DNA of 64,000 nucleotides. It comes from Octopus vulgaris (lineage: Eukaryota). Under the pieces are notes generated by a model. It saw only the letters and a list, made by a program, of their open reading frames with translations, was not told where the DNA came from and did not search any database. Shown here piece by piece: positions 1 to 13,740 of the stretch. The position numbers were made by a program, and so were the translations under genes. How positions within the stretch are numbered: the first letter of the stretch is position 1; each line of letters opens with the position of its first letter. The stretch covers positions 18,414,001 through 18,478,000 of the forward strand of contig OX597835.1 of NCBI GenBank assembly GCA_951406725.2, written 5' to 3'.

Positions 1-40
1 ATCTATCTATCCCACACACATGCCCAGAGAGAGATATCCA

Positions 41-51
41 TGCATATATAT

Positions 52-132
<81 letters not shown>

Positions 133-186
133 TATATACATATATATATATACATATATATACATAAGTACATATATACATATATT

Positions 187-219
<33 letters not shown>

Positions 220-264
220 TTTATATATATATATATATATATACATACATACACACACACGTAT

Positions 265-311
<47 letters not shown>

Positions 312-326
312 GAGAGAGAGAGAGAG
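41..326. repeat. (TA)n then (GA)n microsatellite (representative of dozens of TA/CA/GA tracts in the window)
   Basis: Direct reading. Confidence 0.97.
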
Positions 327-799
327 CCATCTTCTGCCGAGAACGATTAATAAGATTCGCATTCGCTGAGCTTCACAGATTTGGAGGCGAAGTGACTAGG
401 TATTTCTCTGATCGGTATACTGTCAGCGTAATTATCGATTAGAAGCAGCGTAACACAGCAAGACGAAACTATATATTTCAATTACTGATACTCCACCCGT
501 TTAACTTCATTTCGGATTACATCCGCTCAAATTTGCTCAAATGCTGAGAACGATTTCAAGGAACGGTAGAAACCTTTGACAAGAAGTCACGAAGCGGGCG
601 TCGAGTTCGAGACTACCATGCAGAGAAAAGAATCCATTGCTTTCTAATAAGTATGTTCACTCTGCATTAATCTGCAAGCTCAGCACATTCTCTAATAACA
701 ATAACAACAGGAACAAGGATAAGGACAACATAATAGAATATGAGTGCAGCAAATGACAGTATCATTAATCTTTGCATCTACGGCTACGAGGTGGCAGCA

Positions 800-1375
800 T
801 CAAAATGGCTGAGCGTCATTTCGTCCTTGTTTAAAATCTGACCTGAAATTCTACCAAGATTAACTTACCTTTTGACCCACGATTAACTTACGATTAACTT
901 ACCTTGAAGTTCTGCCGGGATTAACATAGACGATTAACTTACATTTCTCGGTTGATAATATAAATACCAGTTGAGCACGAGGTCGAGTTTGCCTTTTATA
1001 TTTTCGGGGGTCGATAAAATAAGTACCAGTTGATCACGGGGGTCAACGTAATTGACTAGCCCTTCCTCCGAAATGACTTACACCGTGCCAAAATTTTAAA
1101 CCATTATTGATTTTAGCATGTATATAGATATGTAGATAGATTTTTAGCATCTGGGGAAGTGAACTGGCACAATTATTAGCAGGCCGAACAAAATGCTCAG
1201 CATCATTCCTTTAGGCTCTTTACATTGTGGGTTCAAATGCTGCCGAAGTCGGTTTTGCCTTTCATCCATTCGGGGTTGATAAAATAAGTACCAGTTGAGT
1301 AGGCAACTGGGGGCGATGTAATCGACTAGTACCACTCCCCCAAAAATATTGCTGGCTTTGTGCCTATAGCAGAAA
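800..1375 (+). mobile_element. Older SINE family B-related copies
   Basis: gtcga..ttgccttt...tcggggtcgataaaataagtaccagttga at ~985-1030 and ~1250-1300. Confidence 0.7.
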
Positions 1376-1449
1376 GGATTATTAATTTTGCGTCCAGTTT
1401 ACTGCAGTGTGACCACAGCCATTACCAGCAAGACGACCCTCGCTTCGTC

Positions 1450-2095
1450 AGTGATACCTTAATCAACACCAACATCAACATCAACATCACAACCAGCAAT
1501 ATCAACATCATCACCACGTTCCACTACCATAGCCTCCACCATTAGCATAACCAAACTCCCTCTAATACCACCACCACCATCAATACCAGCAGCCCTCCAT
1601 CAGAGCCACTACGCTCTCCGAATCCAGGAACACCACCTTGTCCCTAATGCAATCTTCACACCTACATAATAACGATAACCAAACCAACCACGGCCATCAC
1701 CACTAACACTATTCGCATCACTACCAACAGCTGCACCACCACCACCAGCAACACCACTATAACAACCGTTGCCATCTCCACTAACATAACCCTCAACACA
1801 ACCAACACATGCAGCATCATCACCACCACCACCACCACCACCACTACTACCACCACCACCACAAACAACAACAACAACAACAACAGTAGCAGAAGCAGCA
1901 GCAGCACCGAATTCAACAACAGCAATAACAACAACGCCACCACCAACTCTCTCAGCATGATGAACACCACCGCATCCAACCACACCAGCGGAACCATCAT
2001 CCCCAGTTTTACTAGCGCTCTGCCCCGTACACTACCACCATCACCACCAGCAACATCTTATATCAACACCACTACCACCGCCATCACCATCACGA
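1450..2095. repeat. Old (ACC)/(AAC)-rich low-complexity tract
   Basis: Direct reading. Confidence 0.85.
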
Positions 2096-2651
2096 ACTAT
2101 ATTAATTACGTTTACCAATACGTTAAAAACACCCCGCCCCACTGGAACGTAGGTATTGCATTAGTACAAAATATACAGCGCTAGATACCAAGAGAGATAC
2201 TGTCATGTTGACTAACTCTCATGCTATCTAACGCAGTATAGCTTGTCCCAATGGGACATCCTCATTTAAGTGGCAATAAATATTACTTCTCCACCTTAAA
2301 TACGTTTAAAACCTTCACTTGTGTCCACGGTGTTGTAAATATTTGGTCCTTATTTTTAACTCGAAGGAACGCATTATATGTCACCTCCTTAAAAGATGTT
2401 ATATGTCTTCCCCGATTTTTCCTCGCCAGTATCAGAGTTCATGTAAAAATGGGGTTGTGTATTGACCATCTTCCTGTAACTTAAGCTTCAATATCTGATC
2501 AGCTTCGTGGGTTTACAAGATTAATATTTTATTACGAAGCAATAAATATTATTATTTAAATATATTTCATTCTGCAAATGGTATATCCCGTTGGGGGAGC
2601 GGAAAGCCATGCAAAAATTGGTTAATTATTTATATAACATGACAACTTTTG

Positions 2652-2904
2652 CAGCGTGGAAGGTGACTATAAGCCATTTAAGAAACACACAAAAACCGTT
2701 AGGTTCACTTCAACGTTTAAATTTAAATTGCCAAAATATTTTCGTTGCTTTGAGACCGCGACCTGGTCAACACGGAATTTTATCAGTGAACAGGTCGCGG
2801 TCTGAAAGCGACGAAAATATTTGGGAAAATTAAATTTAAATGTTAAAGTGAATCTAACGGTTTTTCTGTGTTTCCTAAATGGCTTATAAACACCTTCCAC
2901 GCTG
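2652..2904. repeat. Foldback / MITE-like long inverted repeat (~118 bp arms, ~17 nt loop)
   Basis: cagcgtggaaggtg...agaccgcgacctg pairs with caggtcgcggtct...caccttccacgctg. Confidence 0.92.
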
Positions 2905-3457
2905 AAATTGCTTCCGTTCAAGCACACAATCTCAGATCAGATCACTTGCTGTACAAGTACATCTCCGTAATGACAAACTTTGCCCTTAATCTATGACGAG
3001 TCCGGAAACAGCAGGAATATACATGCCAATTATGCTGGAACTGCGGAATCTAGTTTAGCATTGATAAATATTTCCCTATCTCGTTGTGTTTTACACAGAA
3101 TTGCCTTGGATAAATAACCTTTTTCCGATAGGCACAACGCTTGAACTTTTAAGCGAAGGTGCTGGGGCTTAATTTCGACCCCGGTGGAAATTTGAATGGA
3201 GAAACACAGACTAAAATGGCGCTAAAGAATTTTCACAACATGCATATATATATATATATATATATACGTGTGTGTGAGTGTGTATATATAAATAAATATA
3301 TATATGTGTGTGTGTATTAAAATTAATATGAACAGATAGGAAGAATATAATATCCTTAAAGAAAAACTTTATCCTCATTGACTACCATTAAGGGGACCTA
3401 AGTACCTGTATTGCAGACATAAGAGTTAAAACCTCTTAACGCTGTATGAAGCACACA

Positions 3458-3507
<50 letters not shown>

Positions 3508-3710
3508 TGATCACCCCATGAGCGACACTAGGTTCACTGTTCAATTGCTTGGTGGCTGAAAACCTGTCTATCTATCTGTCTATCTATCTATCTATCTATC
3601 CATCTATATATCTATCTATGTATTCGCCCATCTGTCTATTTATCTGTCTATTTGTCTGTCTATATATCTATCTATATGTCTAGGTATGTATGTATGTATG
3701 TATGCATCTA

Positions 3711-3749
<39 letters not shown>

Positions 3750-3792
3750 AGATAGATAGCTAGATACACACACACGCACACACACACACATA

Positions 3793-3885
<93 letters not shown>

Positions 3886-3972
3886 ATATATACCTATCTA
3901 TATGCCTGCCTGTCTCTGTCAGTCTGTCTATCTTTAAATATATTATAAGCGTACATGTTAAAAAAAGCGAGC

Positions 3973-4033
<61 letters not shown>

Positions 4034-4460
4034 TTTGAACATGTACACCTATCGCTTGTTTTCGGGCGCGAGATATGATTGATCTCTAGTCAAACATAAT
4101 AACCAGGGCCTCAGGCATTTTGCCAATATCCATTCTGTTTAAAGTATTTTGACTAGCTTTCCGTCAGAGGATAATTATCCCTCTTTTCGAGTATAATTTC
4201 AAAGGTTTTGGAAAAGGAGAATCGTCATTAAATTTGGCTATCATCTACTAATTAACGCTGTGGCATCTAAAAAAGAAAATAATAATCACCATTAAGATAG
4301 GCAAGTTCTGTTTTGTCTATTTAGACTTCAATGAAATATTTTGCTCTAGTTCTACTCCACACCTATTTTCATACCATAGAATATATATTTCAATTATATT
4401 ACGTATTGTAAACGTACATAACATTGCTCTTAGGGTTGGCTTCACCTAGCCATATAGATT

Positions 4461-4920
4461 GAGGCGGGCAGCATCCAGAATCGTTATTATGCCGGGCAAA
4501 TTGCTTAACGGTATTTCGTTCGTCGAGCTGGCAGAAACGTTAGCACGCCGGGCGAAATGCTTAGCGGTATTTCGTCTGCGTTACGTTGTGAGTTCAAATT
4601 CCGCCGAGGTCGACTTTGCCTTTCATCCTTTCGGGGTCGATAAATTAAGTACCAGTTATGCACTGGGGTCTATGTAATCGACTTAATACCTATGTCTGTC
4701 CTTGTTTGTCCCTCTGTGTTTAGCCCCTTGTGGGTAATAAAGAAATAGAAATAGGTATTTCGTTCGTCTTTACGTTCTGAGTACAAACGGCCCCGAGGTC
4801 AAACGTGCCTTTCATTCATTCAGGGTCGATGAAACAAGTATCAGTTGAACACGTGGGTCAATTAAATCGATTTCCTTCTTTGTACAAAACTGCTTAGCCC
4901 TGAGCCAAAATTTGAAACCA
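4461..4920 (+). mobile_element. tRNA-derived SINE family B (Nin/Deu-like central domain): young copy 4525-4753 nested in an older copy
   Basis: gagctggcagaaacgttagc...gagttcaaattcc...gcctttcatcctttcggggtcgataaattaagtaccag...(gaaata) tail; 15 bp TSD ggtatttcgttcgtc at 4510-4524 and 4754-4768. Confidence 0.9.
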
Positions 4921-5363
4921 ATGTTAACAGATAGAAGCCTATGGAACAAAAATATATTAATTAGCCTTCCAAAGCAATGACGTTGCCATAGTGTTTATAG
5001 CGAATGTCTCTGCGGGATAATTTGCTTGTGTCTCCCGAAAAGGCTCTTACCAGGGCTCTTAAAGTATTGAGAAAAGGCCCTGTGAAATTTTCAACTACAT
5101 CAAGATAAGGAGGAAAATCAGTGAAATTCAAAAGGTATATTTTACTCTACATCTAAACAGAGTTCAAGACTAAACTACTTACAACAGCCCAAATAACTTG
5201 ACTCTAACATAACCTTAAACATTCAGTATGAATAACCCTTTGAGGATGATCCAGAGGGTAAAGAGTTAAGTGCCGAAACACTTGCATTCTCTCAGGATCT
5301 GTGGCTGTGAAACTACGCATAGAGTTACTTACAACGAAGATATTTTGTGTTGAAGAAAATATG

Positions 5364-6097
5364 AAATATACAGAGTAGCCCAAAGGCAGACGCGGAGGCT
5401 CTGGTAAGTTTTCTTCAGTGAAATCGAAGTCTTGAACTATGATTTCTTGACCAAATTAATAAATTTGAAATGTTTATAGTAGCCCTGAAAATATATAGTA
5501 TCTTCATTTGCTCGGATTCTGGTTTTTATTTGCTATAAATATACAGAGCAGCTATAAATATACAGAGTAGCCCAAAGACAGACGCAGAGGCTCTGGTAAG
5601 TTTTTTTTCAGTGAAATCGAAGTCTTGAACTATGATTTCTTGACAAAATTAATAACTTTAAAATGTTTATAGTATCTTCATTTGCTCGGATTCTGGTTTT
5701 TATTTGCTATAAATATACAGAGTAGCTATAAATATACAGAATAGCCCAAAGACAGACGCGGAGGCTCTGGTAAGTTTTCTTCAATGAAATCGAAGTCTTG
5801 AACTATGATTTCTTGATAGAATTAATAACTTTAAAATGTTTATAGTAGCCCTGAAAATATATAGTATCTTCATTTGCTCGGATTCTGGTTTTTATTTGCT
5901 ATAAATATACAGAGTAGCTATAAATATACAGAGTAGCCCAAAGACAGACGCGGAGGCTCTGGTAAGTTTCTTTCAGTGAAATCGAAGTCTTGAACTATGA
6001 TTTCTTGACAGAATTAATAACATTAAAATGTTTATAGTAGCCCTGAAAATATATAGTATCTTCATTTGCTCGGATTCTGGTTTTTATTTGCTATAAA
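5364..6097. repeat. Tandem repeat, 4 x ~192 bp (second unit ~18 bp shorter)
   Basis: aaatatacagagtagcccaaag..gctctggtaagttt recurs at ~5364, 5556, 5730, 5922. Confidence 0.95.
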
Positions 6098-7169
6098 CCA
6101 GCAGTTATGTATATTAGCCAATCAGCCGTTTCTTCTCTGCTGCCAGAGCAAATCCTAATTTGTATTGACATTTATTTCAATCTGATTTCTGAAGCAAGTT
6201 TTTTGTCTCTCCCACTCTCTAAGAAGCACAATACTTCTATGGTATAACCTTCAACAAAGTTTGGAATTTTTAATTTTCTGATGTTTTCATATTGTAATTG
6301 AATGCAGCGCAACAATGAATGAAATTGCAGTTGTTAATACCACCATCTTGTCCACAAATAAATAAACAAATGAATAAATAAATAAATAAATAAATAAATA
6401 AACAATACTGCTAAACAAGTAATGTTTGAAAACTAACGAACAAAAATAAATAAAACGAAACGGCCAAATAATCGTCTCTGAAAAGACTTCGTGGAACGAT
6501 TGAATGCATCAAACATCTTGGAGAATCACATGGTATCACCAACAATCATATTGAAAGAGAATGCGCGGTTGCATCGAAAAATGGAAAGAAAAAGGGGATA
6601 GTATAATTGCCAAAACTACAGCAGCAGCATCAACAACAAACAATAGTTGTAATATTGACAAGAAAATTAAAGAGAATAAAGGGAAGAATACAAAGGATAG
6701 GAATATGATGCCAAAATTGATGCGATGGTAATGGTCGTAGTATGATGAAGATTGTAATAATGGAGAAGATAATAATTTGGAGAGCAGGTTGACCAATGGC
6801 TGGTAGAATTTGTTAGACGAAAACCGAACATATGAGTATATATGTGTGTGTTGGTGTGTGTATTTGTGTGTGTGTGTGTGTGAGGGGTATGAATTTATTG
6901 CATATGTATGTGTGTGTACGTGCTCAAGTGTATGTGTATGTGTGTGTGTGTGTGTGTGTTAGTTTTGATTGGTTAATGGTTAAAAAATGATGCGCGGTAC
7001 TTAGTAAATATTGATAAGACTCATTGACAAACAATCGATCTCTCAGTAACGTCGTTGCTTCTACCGATTAACAATTATTGAATCGAATATGTATATGCCT
7101 CTTTTGAGATATATTTCTCTCGTTTGTGTTACGATATATGTAATATATGCAAAGTATATAAATATAAAT

Positions 7170-7465
7170 AGGACGGTGAGATGAACGAATTGCTCACACG
7201 TCGGGTGAAATGCTTAGCAGTATTTCGTCCTTACGTTCTGAGTTAAAATTCCGGCAGGATCGGTTATGCCTTTCAAGTTTTCAGGATTGCTAAACTAAAT
7301 AGCTATTTGTTTACTACACACAAGGAGCTAAACACAGAGGGTACAAACAAGGGCAGACAAACGGGTTAAGTCGATTACACCCAATGCGTAACTGGTATTT
7401 AATTTATCGACCCCGAAAAGATGAAACGCAAAGTCTTTCATCCTTTCTGGGTCGATAAATTAAGG
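7170..7465. mobile_element. SINE family B composite (minus-strand 3' half inside plus-strand pieces)
   Basis: Plus head 7170-7295, minus tail 7303-7435, plus core 7432-7465. Confidence 0.7.
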
Positions 7466-8911
7466 TTTTACTGTTTTTCGACATTACTTTGTGAATGGCG
7501 TGAGACCTGTAGATATCATGACTCGGTGTAGTCAAGTGTACATTCGTTTGCGGTAGGATATAAATCGATTACATCGTCCCCCATGCTCAAATGATAAGAG
7601 ACAAAGTCCGAAAAGATGAGAGACACATTTGACGTCGGCAGAATTTGAACTCAGATCGTTAAGCGTTTTAAATGGCGTACTAAGGATTTTGCCAGCTTGG
7701 TGACTTAAATTTGATGTATATTAAAATATCACTACACTTAATTCAGAAATATATTTTCTTCATTTCAATCCCGTCCGGTTTAATGCGCATATCCAAGTAT
7801 TGGAATATAAACCTATTTTCTTAAAGCTTAGCTCATAAATAACAATGAGATTCGTTTAAGGTAATTGTTGAAACAGGCAATGGGTGATCGTAGATACGTG
7901 GTGATGTCTATAGGAAGGAAGTAAGTGAATAGTTTTATCTGTCTCCAAAGAGAAATAAACAAATAAAGTGTTCTACTTTAGTTAAAAGGCTAACAGTTTT
8001 GAGAGCATGCGTACTAGACTGGAACTTCGTTGTATTTCCTCTGGGGGAAAGAAAGGCCAAGTCAACTGCGTTAGGCTTTTAAATCAGAGTGTAAAGAACC
8101 GGCAGAATAAATACAAAGAATTTTCACCGACAATCTGAGGACTCTGTAGAGCTTATCTCTTGAAATAAATAACTGTAGCTTCTGAAGGTTTTTGATTTAG
8201 ACACAACGTTAGCAATTTGATGGGGAACGAATCAACTGTTACTCCTTAATCTAAATTTGTGTGCTTAACTTTTTGTAGCTTGAAATGATCATATTTTAAG
8301 GGGGCTTGCTCGAAATTGCTGTTCGTGTTCTTCTTACAGTATGGAACAAAGAATAAAATCTCTCTTAATAAAGAAAGAACTTTATCATTTTCTTTTTAAT
8401 GTTTGCATACGGAATTTGTTTCTCTACTCATAATTTACTTTATCTAAGAAAAATTTATCTGATAACGATGGAAAATCAAATATGAAGAAACGTTGTGAAC
8501 ATATCAATATTTTAAAATCTTTCATCTCCACAATTTGATATTAATGTTAAGAAATATTGCAGTTTCAATATTTTCTGTGTATTTTTTTTCTTCTTTGAAT
8601 TACTTCCGAAGAATGCCTGTATGATTCAGGAGCTTTTAGTTTGAACTACAAGTTTCTGGGTTCAGATCCCACCGCGACATGCTTTGTAAATTACTTTTCG
8701 ACCGTAAAATTTGGTCGGTGGAAATTGTGAAGAAAGCAGTGGGATGCATTTTGACTTCCCTTGGACGATAGATGTGATAGGTTTTTCACAAGACATTCAT
8801 CTTCGCTTTTGGGTGTTTTAATAGAAGTCACGGTTCGGAGAAGTCCGGGTTAAGAGGAAAACCATTTTAGGAATTGTTAAAAATGATCAGTGTGTTCTGC
8901 CGCTAGCGAAT

Positions 8912-9388
8912 GGATGAAAGGCAAAGTCGACCTCGGCGGAATTTGAACTCAGAACGTAAAGATAGTCGAAATGCCTATTTCTTTGCTACCTACAAGGGGC
9001 TAAAGACAGAGGGGGAAAACAAGGAAAGACGAACGGATTAAGTCGATTATATCGACACCAGTGTGTAACTGGTACTTATTTAATCGACCCCGAAAGGATG
9101 AAAGGCAAGATCGACCTCGGCGGAATTTGAACTCGGAACGTAGTGGCAGACGAAATACTAATCTTTACTACCCACAAGTGGTTAAACACAGAGAGGACAA
9201 ACAAGGACAGACAAACAGATTAAGTCGATTATATCGACCCCAGTGTGTAACAGGTACTTAATTTATCGACCCCGAAATGATGAAAGGCAAAGTCTACCTC
9301 GGCGGAATTTGAACTCAGAACGTAACGGCAGACGAATTACGGCTACGCATTTCGCCCAGCGTGCTAACGATTCTGCCAGCTCGCCGCC
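8912..9388 (-). mobile_element. SINE family B, three nested/tandem copies
   Basis: Three repeats of gatgaaaggcaa..cctcggcggaatttgaactc; junctions at gaaat(a/g)c. Confidence 0.9.
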
Positions 9389-9767
9389 TTGTGGTTTATG
9401 ATTATTGCGTTAAATATGTGGTGTTCGTGTGTTTATGTCGGGGATAAATACGTCTATTTTTAAAGGCAAGATCAATGATGCTGGAGCTGCCTTTAGCGCT
9501 AGAGAATTAAAATTGATTATCTCATGTAGGGAAGACATTACCTTGCTGTGTTGACATGCCTCAATGAACAGTCGACAATGACTCGGTGTGAGTCTGATTT
9601 CGTGTGTCGAGGTGGGGGGCAGTGTAGCATCGCGCGGATGATTGGTTACTGGAATCGATATGGTCCGGTGGCGATATGGCGCGAGTATAATCAGATACGG
9701 AGTCGTGAACGCGTGTTGATAGCCTTTAAGAGAGATTGGCGACGAGTCGTGGTTAAAATATTAATTA

Positions 9768-10167
9768 CTAGCAGTATCGCCCGGCGTTGCTCGGGTTTGT
9801 AAGGGAAATAACTATATAAGCATTTTTAGAGAGTTATAGCCAAAAAATAGCAAAAAAATGCATTAAAAATGGGAAAAAAATTATAGTAATTTTTTTTTTA
9901 AATCGTTGATTCATCGTAGACATTTTTAGAGAGTTACTTCCCTTATATAATAGCGAAAAAAACGCATTAAAATGAAAAAAAATTATGGTAATTTTTTTTT
10001 TTAAATCGTAGACTCATCGTAGACGCGCGCTCATAACCAGAAGGGCTCGATATGAATCACGACTATAAGATACCCGGTTTTGGTTAAACTGCACCGCAAA
10101 ATGTGGGAGTAGTTAGGAATCTAAATCGTAGGAGACAGACACAAAACTTCACTTTTATATATAAACA
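9768..10167 (-). mobile_element. Non-autonomous Helitron (same 3' end as 48972-49352, different interior)
   Basis: Minus strand 3' end acaaacccgagcaacgccgggcgatactgCTAG-T; internal ~100 bp duplication (catttttagagagtta at ~9822 and ~9922). Confidence 0.78.
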
Positions 10168-10292
10168 TTTCTTTTTTCTTTTATATCTTTCAGTTACTTG
10201 GGTGAGGCCATACTGGGGCACTGCCTTGATGGACTTTAGTCGAACAAATCGACCTCAGGATTTATTGTTTTAGAACATAGTGCATGTGCTAC

Positions 10293-12996
10293 AGTCATCT
10301 CCACCAGCACCAGCGCCGTCACCACCAACAGCACCTTCACTATGAACACCACCACCACCGTCACCTCCTCCACCACCACCACCACTACCACCTCTGTCAT
10401 TACCATCTCCATCAACACCACCACCATCATCTCCACCAGCACCAGCGCCATCACCACCAACAGCACCTTCACTATGAACACCACCACCACCGTCACCTCC
10501 TCCACCACCACCACCACCACTACCACCTCTGTCATTACCATCTCCATCACCACCACCACCATCATCTCCACCAGCACCAGCGCCATCACCACCAACAGCA
10601 CCTTCACTATGAACACCACCACCACCGTCACCTCCTCCACCACCACCACCACCACTACCACCTCTGTCATTACCATCTCCATCACCACCACCACCATCAT
10701 TTCCACCAGCACCAGCGCCATCACCACCAACAGCACCTTCACTATGAACACCACCACCACCGTCAGCTCCTCCACCACCACCACCACCACTACCACCTCT
10801 GTCATTACCATCTCCATCACCACCACCACCACCATCATCTCCACCAGCACCAGCGCCGTCACCACCAACAGCACCTTCACTATGAACACCACCACCACCG
10901 TCACCTCCTCCACCACCACCACCACTACCACTACCACCTCTGTCATTACCATCTCCATCACCACCACCACCATCATCTCCACCAGCACCAGCGCCGTCAC
11001 CACCAACAGCACCTTCACTATGAACACCACCACCACCGTCACCTCCTCCACCACCACCACCACTACCACCTCTGTCATTACCATCTACCACCACCACCAT
11101 CATCTCCACCAGCACCAGCGCCGTCACCACCAACAGCACCTTCACTATGAACACCACCACCACCGTCACCTCCTCCTCCACCACCACCACCACTACCACC
11201 TCTGTCATTACCATCTCCATCACCACCACCACCATCATCTCCACCAGCACCAGCGCCGTCACCACCAACAGCACCTTCACTATGAACACCACCACCACCG
11301 TCACCTCCTCCACCACCACCACCACCACTACCACCTCTGTCATTACCATCTCCATCACCACCACCACCATCATCTCCACCAGCACCAGCGCCATCACCAC
11401 CAACAGCACCTTCACGATGAACACCACCACCACCGTCACCTCCTCCACCACCACCACCACCACTTACCACCTTGCTGTCATTACCATCTCCATCACCACC
11501 ACCACCATCATCTCCACCAGCACCAGCGCCGTCACCACCAACAGCACCTTCACTATGAACACCACCACCACCGTCACCTCCTCCACCACCACCACCACCA
11601 CTACCACCTCTGTCATTACCATCTCCATCACCACCACCACCATCATCTCCACCAGCACCAGCGCCGTCACCACCAACAGCACCTTCACTATGAACACCAC
11701 CACCACCGTCACCTCCTCCACCACCACCACCACCACTACCACCTCTGTCATTACCATCTCCATCACCACCACCACCATCATCTCCACCAGCACCAGCGCC
11801 GTCACCACCAACAGCACCTTCACTATGAACACCACCACCACCGTCACCTCCTCCACCACCACCACCACCACTACCACCTCTGTCATTACCATCTCCATCA
11901 CCACCACCACCATCATCTCCACCAGCACCAGCGCCGTCACCACCAACAGCACCTTCACTATGAACACCACCACCACCGTCACCTCCTCCACCACCACCAC
12001 CACTACCACCTCTGTCATTACCATCTCCATCACCACCACCACCACCATCATCTCCACCAGCACCAGCGCCATCACCACCAACAGCACCTTCACTATGAAC
12101 ACCACCACCACCGTCACCTCCTCCACCACCACCACCACCACTACCACCTCTGTCATTACCATCTCCATCACCACCACCACCATCATCTCCACCAGCACCA
12201 GCGCCGTCACCACCAACAGCACCTTCACTATGAACACCACCACCACCGTCACCTCCTCCACCACCACCACCACCACTACCACCTCTGTCATTACCATCTC
12301 CATCACCACCACCACCATCATCTCCACCAGCACCAGCGCCATCACCACCAACAGCACCTTCACTATGAACACCACCACCACCGTCACCTCCTCCACCACC
12401 ACCACCACCACCACTACCACCTCTGTCATTACCATCTCCATCACCACCACCACCACCATCATCTCCACCAGCACCAGCACCGTCACCACCAACAGCACCT
12501 TCACTATGAACACCACCACCACCGTCACCTCCTCCACCACCACCACCACCACTACCACCTCTGTCATTACCATCTCCATCAGCACCACCACCACCATCAT
12601 CTCCACCAGCACCAGCGCCATCACCACCAACAGCACCTTCACTATGAACACCACCACCACCGTCACCTCCTCCACCACCACCACCACCACCACTACCACC
12701 TCTGTCATTACCATCTCCATCACCACCACCACCATCATCTCCACCAGCACCAGCGCCGTCACCACCAACAGCACCTTCACTATGAACACCACCACCACCG
12801 TCACCTCCTCCACCACCACCACCACCACTACCACCTCTGTCATTACCATCTCCATCACCACCACCACCATCATCTCCACCAGCACCAGCGCCATCACCAC
12901 CAACAGCACCTTCAATATGAACACCACCACCACCGTCACCTCCTCCACCACCACCACCACTACCACCTCTGTCATTACCATCTCCATCACCACCAT
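10293..12996. repeat. Minisatellite, 20 x ~135 bp, built from (ACC)n-like triplets
   Basis: aacagcaccttc recurs 20 times at ~135 bp spacing; length variants are mostly multiples of 3. Confidence 0.97.
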
Positions 12997-12999
12997 CTG

Positions 13000-13367
13000 G
13001 TGATGGTGGTGGTTGTAGTGGTGCTGCCACTATTGCTGGTAATAGGATGGCGACATCGGTGCGAATGTTAGCGTCTGTTGGTGTTGAAAAGCGGTGGTGA
13101 TAGTGTTAGAATTGCAGCTATTAGTTAGTAGTAGTAGTGGTGGTGGTGGTTTTGGTAGTAGTAGTAGTAGTAGTAGTAGTAGCGGTGGTTGTGGTGGTAG
13201 TGGTGGTAGTAGTAGAAGTAGTAGTGGTGGTGGTGGTGGTTTTGGTAGTAGCAGTAGTAGTAGAAGTAGAGGTAGTAGCAGTGGTGGTGGTGGTAGTAGT
13301 AGTAGTAGCAGTGGTGGTGGTGGTAGTAGTAGTAGTAGTAGTATTAGGAGTAGTAGTAGTGGTGGTG

Positions 13368-13398
<31 letters not shown>

Positions 13399-13740
13399 AG
13401 GTAGTAGCAGTGGTGGTGGTGGTAGTAGTAGTAGTAGCAGTGGTGGTGGTGGCAGTAGTAGTAGTAGTAGTAGTATTAGGAGTAGTAGTAGTGGTGGTGG
13501 TGGTGGTTTTGGTAGTAGTAGTAGTAGTAGAAGTAGAGGTAGTAGCAGTGGTGGTGGTAGTAGTAGTAGTAGTAGCAGTGGTGGTGGTGGTAGTAGTAGT
13601 AGTAGTAGTATTAGGAGTAGTAGTAGTGGTGGTGGTGGTGGTTTTGGTAGTAGTAGTAGTAGTATAGGTCGTGTTATTGAAAGCATTATCTCTGTTTGGC
13701 GGCGGCGGCGGCGGTAATGGTGGTGGTGGTGGTGGTGGCA
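13000..13740. repeat. (GTA)n/(GTG)n compound repeat with ~140 bp higher-order unit
   Basis: tattaggag and agaggtagtagcag markers recur three times. Confidence 0.93.
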
